A stretch of 63,422 nt of DNA, counting the filler, from Blastocystis sp. subtype 4 (lineage: Eukaryota): the NCBI RefSeq assembly GCF_000743755.1. It is 7 parts of 7 records of this genome, joined end to end, with 100 filler letters (N's around TTAATTAATTAA, not from the genome) between each part and the next. Parts side by side here need not be neighbours in the genome. Positions count along the whole stretch, not along the records: positions 45,492 to 54,416 come from NW_014569185.1; positions 54,517 to 63,422 come from NW_014569184.1; 5 more parts are not named here. One strand, given 5' to 3'. Below are positions 53,358 through 63,422 of the stretch, one piece after another; the stretch's first letter is position 1; each line of letters opens with the position of its first letter. The translations under genes and the position numbers were made by a program. Under the pieces are notes generated by a model. That model was not told the origin of the DNA. It worked only from the letters and a program-made list of their open reading frames with translations, and made no database searches.

Positions 53358-53651
53358 TGCTTTTATTCATTTATTGGTTTGTTTCTTGTCTATTACGTTT
53401 ATTCATTAGTCAAGGATTAAGTTCCTAGTCGTTCGTACTCATTTGTTATGTCTTATGACTAATAAAGGTAACTCACTAGTTAGATAGCCCATTCATAGTT
53501 AAGAAACAACCTCAACATGATATTGATTTGACAACAAGGAGTGTTGTAGAGAAGATTAATACTACTCTTACTCTTCGATATTACTATAACCCCAACTAGT
53601 TGTTACTAATGATGACAAACACAACAACGATAACTGGTTGACAACACTATG

Positions 53652-54416
53652 TTAATGACAATTATCATTTCTACATTGAATGAATCGATCAAGAGAATCA
53701 GCGTCTCAATCATTATCAATTCAACTATTCAATTCTATCACTTCATAAAATGCTTCCTTGCATAACTGAATTCCATCTTCAGGAGTGATGGAATGTCTAA
53801 TTCAAATTCAATCATCAATCATCACTCTCCAATTGCACTTTGCTAATGTTAATGATATTATAATCAACTCCATTAAATGTAGATAGAAGGGAGATCTGAT
53901 CGATCAATCATCATTATCATTCATACTCTTCATCAATTCATTCAACTGAATTATGATCACCACATAGAGCCAATGCTTCAAGAGTGATGGACTGAAGTCG
54001 AATCAGATCTCATTCATCATTCATTCAATCCTTCATACTCTCAAACGCCATTGAATGACAACTACAGAATGCATGATAATCCAATTGAATGGATATTAAT
54101 GAAGGAAGATTCTTCAATTCTAATGATTCATACCAAAAGAATGAATAGTATCCAAAGTGAATTTCACTCAATTGATCACAATTCATTATCACACATGAGC
54201 TTCCAATTCTGTTGTTCTCATCGAGAAAGAAACTCATATTTCCAATAACCAAAGTCTCCAATTCATTCAATCCATCTCACAAATCGATTCACTTTATTCA
54301 AACAATCATTTCCAATGTCAATTCGTTTCAATGATATCAATGAATTGTTCAATATCAATGATGATATATCAGGATTGAAATCATCAGCAATAATCAAAGA
54401 TTCAATACAACTAGTA
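53652..54416 (-). CDS. 3' part of a member of the expanded Blastocystis LRR-like family
   Basis: LKRIDIGNDCL, LETLVIGNMSF, LPSLISIQL repeats; ~30-nt ATGA-rich introns. Confidence 0.6.
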
Positions 54417-54516
54417 NNNNNNNNNNNNNNNNNNNNNNNNNNNNNNNNNNNNNNNNNNNNTTAATTAATTAANNNNNNNNNNNNNNNNNNNNNNNNNNNN
54501 NNNNNNNNNNNNNNNN
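54417..54516. other. Artificial contig linker
   Basis: N-TTAATTAATTAA-N. Confidence 0.98.
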
Positions 54517-54668
54517 AGGAATGTAATTACTATGACCAAAGGCTTTCTCACCAACCAAGTAATCAAGGTCTTCGAGACTTTGAAACAATCGATCACTTCG
54601 CTTCTAAAAATCATTCCATATCATCATATCCACATTCGAACGATATGCCACAGCAGTCGGAAATATCG

Positions 54669-56532
54669 ATGACGGGATGCTATTCCCTGCGTATCCAATC
54701 TTTGTATATCTATACATTATCCAAATCCATGATTCCTATACCCTGTACCACAATCAATAACGACAGCTTGATTCAGATTGCAGTTCATTCTAGAAGGATA
54801 ATATATTCTCCATAATATGATCTACACTCAAGAGGAGTCTTGAAAGTTCGAAGAAGTGGAGATCTGTCAAACGACGCCTTGCATGACCAGTGATCCATGA
54901 ATAATATAAATTACTGTACATAACATCACTCTCAATGTAAGAGTGATTCTTCTATCAATCGTTACAGAATCGTTTTTTTGATTCTGTGAAGGAGATATCT
55001 TGGATTTCTTGTCTAGTCGTGATAATGAAACGGAAGGTTGTTTTTGAAGATACTCTGCGAACTCAATATGTTGAGAAAGTTCATTCAATGGTAGTTCAGA
55101 TTCAAGATCGAATGTCTGTGTCATTTTCTGTAGATGGTCGTTTACTTGTGGATCAACAGGATGTAGATTATTTTTCGTAAGATAATAAGATAGTCCTCAT
55201 GTTCTTTTGATGGAAATTGTAAGGGATTTCTTCATGAAGGAATTAGCTTATTATTACAGAGTGCAGATCCGATAAATCACTGGACGAGCCAAAATGGACT
55301 ATCATTGTTGATGTTAGCAGTTCTTGATGCGGATGTTGAAGCTTGTCGACTTTTAATCAACGAAGATTGCGACGTGAATTACCAGAATTCTTTTGGTTTT
55401 ACTGCTTTAATGTATGCTGTACGTGATGGATTTGTTGAAATTGTGAACTTGCTGCTCGAAAGAGGAGCAGATCCAAGTCTTTGTGGTAAGAGTGGTTATT
55501 CTCCTCTCATTTGTGCTGCTCAAAATGGTTATACCAATATCGTCGAAATACTTTCTCGTTATACATCAGTGGATGTGTGCGATGATGAAGGTCAAACTCC
55601 TTTGATGTGTGCTTGTGCGAATGGACATTTGGATACTGTTTGCTTGTTGTTGCGTTTAGGTGCAGATCCATTACGAGTTGATATGAAGCAACGAACCTCT
55701 ATAACTCATTGTATTGATAATCGTTCGATTGCAATCCTCTCTCTCTTCTTACAGGAAGGTATGTGCCCTCGATATAAGGTTGAAGGTCTTTCGATCAGTG
55801 CTCTGTATGTATCTGCACTCCATGGTTGCTATGGTTTGATACGTTTGTTCCTATTGTATTTCTGCTGTATGGATGATTTGATAAGTTATCTTGTTCTGTT
55901 TCCCAGTATGATAGTAGAAGGAGTGATCCTTGAAGAATTAGATCGAATGAAAGCTGTTCTTACTGTTGAATCACTATCTCAACTTTCAGAGTTCTTTGAC
56001 AATTATATTCTTGATTTTGTTCATCTGTTGATATCCTCTTATGAGGGTACAAGTAACAATTCGTATCCTTTGTGTGGTATTGTGGAGACTTGTGTGTGGT
56101 GTATTCACTGTAGCAAGACTCTGAATGATCCTCATATAACGCCCAGTTTTTCGTTCTATCTTGATTACGTCGAATCAATAATCTCTGAGGCTGCTGTGAC
56201 TTATAAGGACTTGTTATCTGGTAAGGGTCCTAACTCAAATGCGATCTCTCCTGTTAGTGAGACTTGTGAACCTAAACGAATCAAGCTCTTATTTTCATTG
56301 ATTGAAATCTATTGCGTGATGTGTGGATCTGTTATTCATAATTTGGCTTCTTGTGAAGAGCGATCATCTTTTCGGTTGAATGATCGTTCTCGTTTGTTTT
56401 TGCAGAAGAATAGTGCGTTTTTGAAGTAAGTAATTGTTTTTCCTTCTTATGTAGGTGTTTCATTAACGCCTATCGTGATTTGTATAATCATATGGTTTTC
56501 TTTGCTTGCAGTTTTAATAAGCTTAAGTCGTG
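54669..56532 (+). CDS. Ankyrin-repeat protein; stop probably TG+A created by poly(A)
   Basis: GFTALMYAVRDGFVEIVNLLLERGAD, GYSPLICAAQNG, GQTPLMCACANGHLDTV. Confidence 0.7.
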
Positions 56533-56553
56533 CTCCTGTTTGTGGAAAACAGT

Positions 56554-57044
56554 TTATTGGATCCATTGTTTCACTTTGGATATGGAGACAAAAAATGGAG
56601 AGGAGTGAGAAAGTTTGGAGAAACAATTTTTAAAGGGAAGCCCAATGCAATGCAAATGAAGATGACCAATTGTATGCCATGGTCGTCGATGAAACCCACA
56701 TCTACAGTTCATCGATAAAAACAATCCTAACCGGATATTATCAGTCACCCCATGGTCCTGCAATACACGAAGACCAACCCTTTCCATCTCCTCCACTATA
56801 TCTAATACAAGTAATAACAGTAAATACAAAGACTAAGATCCTCATGAGTTAAAGAATTACAATCGTAAATATGTCGTTTGGGAATTACTAGGAAATGTTG
56901 ACTTGCACATGGTCTTATATCTTCAATCACATAGAGGCGCTCGTTCTAAATGTTATTATAAAGAATCATTAGATGTACTTCAAACAGGATCCTTTCTGTA
57001 TCATTGGACGCAGAAATACTGCAAAAGATACATTTCCGCTTCAT
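56554..57044 (-). CDS. HINT3: Histidine-triad protein HINT3-like, 3 introns
   Basis: MKRKCIFCSI...EDIRPCASQHFLVIPKRHI...GFHRRPWHTIGHLHLHCI. Confidence 0.88.
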
Positions 57045-57140
57045 GATAGTGATTTCTGAAACCAGTAATCTCTTTTCTAGTTGTCGATTTCTTTGTTATT
57101 TATATCTAAATAGTCTTTGGGAGTTATTTCTGTATTCTGA

Positions 57141-58613
57141 ATGTGTGCATCACTTATCTTCTCGGAATCTAAACTCCAAGTTGAGGAATGTATCCATGTT
57201 GATAAGTTTATGAATTTGGGTTCCGAGTTGAGAAAGAATTTTCTCTTTATATTGTACCAATTGAGTGTAGATGAAACAACCTTTCTGCATGTGAGTTTTG
57301 GATTGATCCCTGAGTTTATAGTCTCTAGATATCGATAAGAGAGCGATAGATGAAGAAATCTGTATCTGTCTTTCAGTACTTATTTTGGTGTATTCTGATG
57401 TAGTGTCGATATGCAGATACAAGAGAAAAGATGTTAAGTCACCAAATTTGTCATGCTCATCCGTTTTCTTACTTTGTCGTTCATAAAGTGCTGTATTGTT
57501 ACTGAACAGACTTTCCTTTTAGGCGTTGTATGTGGTGTAATGATGTCGTGTATTCCAAAACAATCGATGGTTTACAATCTTTTGTTTTTTCTTTTGCGTC
57601 GTCAAAACGAGATTTTGCACGCATATTTGGTTCTATTCAGCAGGAATCAACTCTTACTCTTCCTAAGTCGGTTCATCGTCGAAGAGGGAATTTTGATCCT
57701 CATCGTACTGGTATTTATTCTGAATGATGGAGTAGTATTCGGAATTAAAGGGATGGTTGATTTCGGTAATACAGATGGAATGAATAGTATTCTTCAACTC
57801 TTCTTACATGCGCCTCCTATCCGCGATTTTTTTCTTGGTGATCATCATAATGCTCTTGTTTAGTTTGTATTTGATGTATTAGTGTAGAGTTGCTTTGTTC
57901 GTCATGGCATCACAAGCGATCGTGTTTCTCAATGTTTTTATTGTCTGTTACGTGACCTGATTCTAGAGTTGTATGCCGAGAACAATGATTCTTTCATTCA
58001 ACCTGTCAACCTTTTCAACTACTTTTGGATTCGATATTCCTCTATCCACGTATTAGAGAGATACACAGTGAAACGTTGTTTGTCCCTTTTCTTGGGTGAG
58101 TGCTGTAATGTTGGTTATTGACTGTTATTTAGGTTCAGCCAATCAAACTTCGTATCCTTACGAATCCAGTTTCTTTAGCAATTGTGTTGATGTGAATCCT
58201 GAACTGACTTCAGATAAGGAAGAGATAGACCTTGCGAGTGTGATGAGTCATACGGAACCTAGATTAAAGCCAAAATCACTGCTAGTTATATCGGTTTCAG
58301 ATACATTTGAGGGTCATGTGAAGTATCCGGAGCAGAATCTGCAGATTCCGAATGAGTATTACTGAGTTGATAAATAACACATAGAAAGGGAGGAATGGAC
58401 TGTTATGACTTGGTTGGTGTTGTATTTGAAAGAGAGAATCAGTCACATCGATACTATTCTGTTCTTAGAAGCAGTGGAATCTATTTCCTTTTCCAAGATA
58501 CTATTGTGTGGAGGATTGAGTCGATACAAGCAATGAAAGATATGCCGTTGAAATATTGCTGGAATATTATACATAGGCGGATATTGATCTATCTACGGCA
58601 CTTCTATATGTAA
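57141..58613 (+). CDS. USP22/Ubp8-like ubiquitin-specific protease homolog with catalytic Cys replaced by Asp
   Basis: CMWCNDVVY (ZnF-UBP-like); GIKGMVDFGNTDGMNSILQLFLHAPPIRDFFLGDHH; YDLVGVV...FLFQD; start uncertain. Confidence 0.65.
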
Positions 58614-58790
58614 ACTAAATTGATTTTGGGAGTTATTGATGTTTGTTCCAAATGACAGAATTCCTACCTAGTTATGACTCCGTTTGAAACGCCCGAATGT
58701 GTTTTCTTCTGATTCACAGTATATTCTGCAGTATCCGTCTTCTTTTTTTGATAATTCGTTTGAATTTCTATTTAAGTACTTCCAGAAAGT

Positions 58791-61583
58791 ATGCCATCTT
58801 CAATACCTCGGATTATTGCTTGCGCAGATGCAAACGATATTGAAGGTGTAAAGAAATGTATCAATGACGGATGCAATATTGATGAGCAAAGACAAGTCGT
58901 TCAAAGGAGTTGGTTTTATGAGTAGGATGGTCGTTCTGCTCTTTTAGTGGCTTGTCTAAAAGGATATTTTGACGTTGTAAAGGTTCTCGTAGACAATCAT
59001 GCCAATGTGCAATTGAAGAATAATGTTGTCGTGTTTGAGTTGGATTATTGATTAGAAGGGAGGAAATGCTCTCGGCCATGCCGCCTATAAAAACCATGCA
59101 AACATTGTTCAATTCCTTCTCGACCACAATGCAAATCCAAACGATAAAGATAAAGTAGAACATTGCAATTGTCGCTTATTGATAGACAGGAAGGAATACG
59201 CTTCATATTGCTTGTTTTCAGGGTTGTAACGAAGTTGTTGAAGTTCTTGTTAATAGTGGGAAGGTAGAAGATATTAACGCTCGTACACAAGTAACTATTC
59301 CCACCTGGGGTCATCATTAGGATAATCGTGATGTGCTATCTTTAGCTATATCAGGTGGTTGCAACGTACGTACAGTAGCAGAATTAGTCTTTCATGGTGC
59401 TTCTTTAAATGTTGTTGACGAAGTATTGCTTCTAGTGTGTTTCTCTCCTAGTTGAAGCATAATCTTCTCCATCAATCGGTATTAAAAGGTAATCTTCAAC
59501 TCCTTGACTTCTTCTATCTTCATAGTAACATCAATCTCAACCTCATCGATTCGGTACTACTGTTGTGCATTTCTAATGTAGATGGGGAATACTTGTGTTC
59601 ATCTTGCCTGTCGTATTGGTAATCGTAGCATACTCACATATCTCTTTTATCATGGTGCTATGATCAACTGTCGTAACAAGGAAGGGAAGTTTCCTGATGC
59701 TGTTGCAATTGATAATGACCATCAGGATATTGCCGATTTCCTTCATCAGGTTCTCTCACCACCACCTCCAATCAAATCAGCTCGTTTCTATAAAACCAAA
59801 CGAAGTTCAGAAGTTGAGGTTGAGTGGGAGTATTCTCCATTGCCTAATTACTATCCTTCTGTTGATGCTATTGAGATTCAAATCAAACAGAATAAATTCT
59901 TTGATTCTTGGAAGACCGTAGCGACAATAAAAGGATCGGATCGTGAATCTAATTCTGATGATCAAGATCGGATGAAGATGAGTGTAATTCAGTTCGATCG
60001 AAAGTGTTCCGTGAAGGTGGATAAGTCTCTGGAAGCTTTCTTCCAAGAACATACAAATCAATTAGAACATCGTAATCTTCCACCCAAGCAACATGTCCCA
60101 CCTCAACCACATACTCTTCTTACAGAATTATCAGCTGGACAGCCTTATGTAATGAGGTCTCGTTGTGCCTCGAAGTATGGATGGGGACCTTATAGTGCAT
60201 CATTCACCATTGAGCCGGTATCCCGCGGGAAATCACCCAAACCTGATGTGGAATTCAAAAAGTTGTCTTCAAGTTCTTCAGAAGAGGAGAGTTCTGAAGA
60301 GAGTTCAGAGGAGAGTTCAAGTGATGAGAGTTCTGAAGAGGAGAAGCCAAAGACTCAAGACAATTCGGCTTTAATTCAGGATTTATTGAGTGGAGGTGTT
60401 GAGAAGCTGATGCAGGCAGTGAGTAAGGGAGTGGTGTTACGTGACCTGCGTACTGGAAATGGAATGACTCTCCTTCATGTAGCAGCAGGGAATGGTCAGA
60501 ATGATTCAGTTCGTCTGTTAGTGGAACAAGGAGGGATTGATGTGAATCAGCAAAGTGGACAACAGACAACTGCTCTTCATCATGCAGTGTATGGCGGTCA
60601 TCTTGATACTGTTCAGTTGTTAGTGACATTGGGAGGAGATGTTACTATGAAGGATGTGGTGAGGTATTGGAGAGTTCTCTTATTTGTAGGCGGGTATTTC
60701 TCCATTCCTTCTAGCTTGTAGTCGCGGGAATCTGGCAATCACACAATACTTGATTGAGCATGAATCTATAGACTTCACGAAACTGACAGATTCTGTTGGT
60801 TATTTAAGACTCTCTAACGTGTAGAATGGACGAAACGCCCTTATGTTGGCAATTGCGAATGCTCAACTGCCAGTTGCTTCATTCCTCATCCAACATGAAT
60901 TCGATTCCACCATTACTCACTCTTCCCGTGGGTGGAATCTGCTGTTTTTCGCTATTGGCACAAAGAAGAAGGAGGTGGTTCAGTTCTGTTTGGATTTGGG
61001 TCTCAGTCCGTGCTTCCGTACGACGGTAGGAATACAGAAAAAGAGTTATGTGTAGGATGGATTGACTCCTGCTGATTTCTCCTTGAATAATGGTACTCCT
61101 GAAATAACCAAGTTATTGAATTCATATGCTGTATTCCCCGCAGTGATTACATCGATTGAAGGTCAAGTGAAGGGTAGCAGTATCCAGATTACTGTTCAGC
61201 TGCCTCCGTTGTCATCGCCTCATCCTCTCCTGAACTATCGGACTCTCGAAGTGTCGTATAAGAAGGCTTCATTCTTAGCTACAAGTACTGTGGAGACGGT
61301 ATCACTGGAGGAGTACTTCAAGTCTCATAGTACTTCGGATCCTGTGTTAGTGGTGCTAGATGATCTGAATGAGGGTGCAACTTATCAGTGTAAAGCTCGT
61401 TTGACGAATAAGAATGGTTGTGGCCAGTGGAGTAAAGGACTTGAATTGAAGATTGAGGAAGAGGAAGAGGAAGATGAAGAGGAAGAGGAAGATGATGATG
61501 AAGTTGAGATTGATAAGTCGAAGGGATTACTGAAGGTGCTGGCTCCTCGTCTACATGAGAAATCAAAGAATGAAAGTAGTGAG

Positions 61584-61614
<31 letters not shown>

Positions 61615-63422
61615 AGGAGAGCAGTGAGAGTGATGAATCTGTGGAGAATGTCATACCAGTCAAGCCAGAGAAATCTTCTCCGTTGCCCCCAGTGATTACT
61701 ATGGAATCTCAAACACCTCAGACTCCTTCATCTCTTCAGTCTACTCCAATAGAAGTGAAATCAACTGAACCTATTCAGTCATCGGAGTCTGTTCCTTCTC
61801 AACCAACTGAAATCACAGATGCTATGATTATCCAACTCCTTCAGACTGGAGATGTGAAATCATTACAAACTCTATCTCCTTCTCGTCTCAATAATTGGAC
61901 ATCGCCTGAAGGTCTACCTGCTCTTCACACATGTATTCTACAGTGTCAGGAGTCACATCGATTGAAGGCGGTATTGAAGTATCTTACTGATATTGGATGC
62001 AATCTTCAACAAGAAGTCACATGCGTATTTCATTGAGTTGATTCCCATTATAGGCTGAAGTAAACGCTCTATCTCCGATTCTCTGTGCTTGTCTGGTAGC
62101 AGATTCTACTGCATTGAAGTAGAAATAACCATCCTTCTGAATTCTAGATTCCTTCTTGCTCAGAAGGTCTCTCTCCCAACTCAATTAGTTGCTGGTATTC
62201 CTATTCCTTTGTTCTTCTCGTTGCTGGCTTCTTCTTCAGCTTGTCTTCTCGAACTTCTGAAGAATGGATTTAGTGTGCGAGTTACTGGTACTTCAGGTCG
62301 TTCTCTGCTTCAGATTCTTGCTTGTACTAGGAAACACAGACACTTTGAAGATATTGGCTTACAGCTGTTGAATAAGGGGGTGGACATTGATAAACAGGAT
62401 CAGGATGGTGGGAAATAGAGAATGAAATGAGATGTAGGAAACACGGCTCTTCATCTTGCTGTGTTGTATCGAAATCCTTCCATGATTGTCTTCCTTGTCA
62501 TGCATGGAGCTTCTCTTACGTTGTCTAATGGGAAGGGGCAGACTCCAGTCCAATTGGCTGAATCTCTGCATGATACAGAGAGTGTAGAAGCTTTACATGC
62601 AGTGATGGAGAAACCTTTCCCTCCAGGTGCACCTCAAGTCTATTTGAATACCGAAAACTGGCTCCTGATTCGTTGGACTCGGCCTCCAAGTCGATATGGT
62701 GTTCCTGAGCCAATTCTTTACGAAGTTCAAGGAATAAAAAAGAATGGAGAGAAAGTGATTCTAGTAGAAGGTGAAACAGGATGCAGTATGAATGAATGAT
62801 ACGAATGAAATCTAGGTTGGACAGGGCCTAATCCATTAGGACCATCGTTTGCTATCCGTATACGAGCGAAGAATTGTAATGGCTGGAGTCTGTGGTCAGA
62901 TAGGGGATATGTGATTTGTGGTGGAATGGATACAGAGTCCATGAAGGATGACTGTACATAAGAAGAGTGATAATAATAAGTAGTGTATTTATGGTTGTTC
63001 CAGCATTCAATTGAACAATATTATCCTAATCTTAAGAACCTGGGAGTTACATCGATTCCTGAACTGTTACAATTAACAAGCACAGATATAACTAGTTGAA
63101 GATATTGAAGTGAGTAATGGATAGAATTGAATCTGAAACCTTTACATGAACGTATCTTACTTGAAGCATTAACAAGAGTTCGACAAAATGTAATGAAGTT
63201 ACAAACAAATGGAAAGGATGAATCTGAGAAGACGAAAGAATCAAGATTAGCATGGTTCAGAAAATGATATGTTTATTGAACAAAGAACGAACAATACTAT
63301 TAGATTACATATTGAAAGGACGGATTCGAGTATAAGTGAATACTCCATTCTCTGCAGCTAACTTGTAGACATTACCAGGAACAATTGTACCAGCAATAAG
63401 ACGTTTGCTCAAATCGGTAACA
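58791..63422 (+). CDS. Large ankyrin-repeat + fibronectin type III protein (possible SAM domain near end), 3'-truncated
   Basis: Several ANK blocks alternating with FN3 (GQPYVMRSRCASKYGWGPYS, GATYQCKARLTNKNGCGQWS, IRIRAKNCNGWSLWS) and acidic Ser/Glu linkers. Confidence 0.8.

Noticed and set aside
54669..58613. HINT3 nested antisense inside one long ankyrin-USP gene
   Set aside because: Back-to-back 3'-end motifs at 56537-56551 indicate the ankyrin gene ends there; three separate genes is simpler
1..63422. Alternative genetic code or mass pseudogenisation to explain fragmented ORFs
   Set aside because: The interruptions I traced are explained by ~30-nt GT-AG introns; only the SPS TGA needs recoding
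1..63422. CRISPR arrays, transposons, rRNA or tRNA genes
   Set aside because: No repeat-spacer arrays, transposase/RT motifs or recognisable structural RNA genes were seen by eye; small RNAs could have been missed

Overview
AT-rich eukaryotic nuclear DNA, almost certainly Blastocystis sp. (anaerobic gut stramenopile). This rests on the extreme gene density, ubiquitous ~30-nt GT-AG introns and a TGTTTGTT-type motif at nearly every 3' end. The window is not contiguous. Seven contigs of steadily decreasing length (9118, 9022, 8976, 8945, 8930, 8925, 8906 nt) are joined by artificial 100-nt N/TTAATTAATTAA/N linkers, so adjacency across linkers means nothing. About 40 intron-split genes or fragments can be read; my manual gene models have approximate boundaries. 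Highlights: (1) at least five genes appear to lack a proper genomic stop and have an in-frame T or TG exactly 4 nt before the TGTTT motif, so polyadenylation probably completes the stop; (2) a selenocysteine-type selenophosphate synthetase with an in-frame TGA and a clear SECIS hairpin; (3) a mitofissin (Atg44/Mdi1)-like gene with a presequence-like extension; (4) a glycerate 2-kinase with an organelle-targeting-like N-terminus; (5) several apparent pseudoenzymes (membrane-anchored GH13, iPGM, USP22/Ubp8, WNK/NRBP); (6) a PDH E1-alpha fragment missing ~15 conserved residues; (7) palindromic back-to-back 3'-end motifs between convergent genes. Family assignments come from recalled motifs, not database searches.
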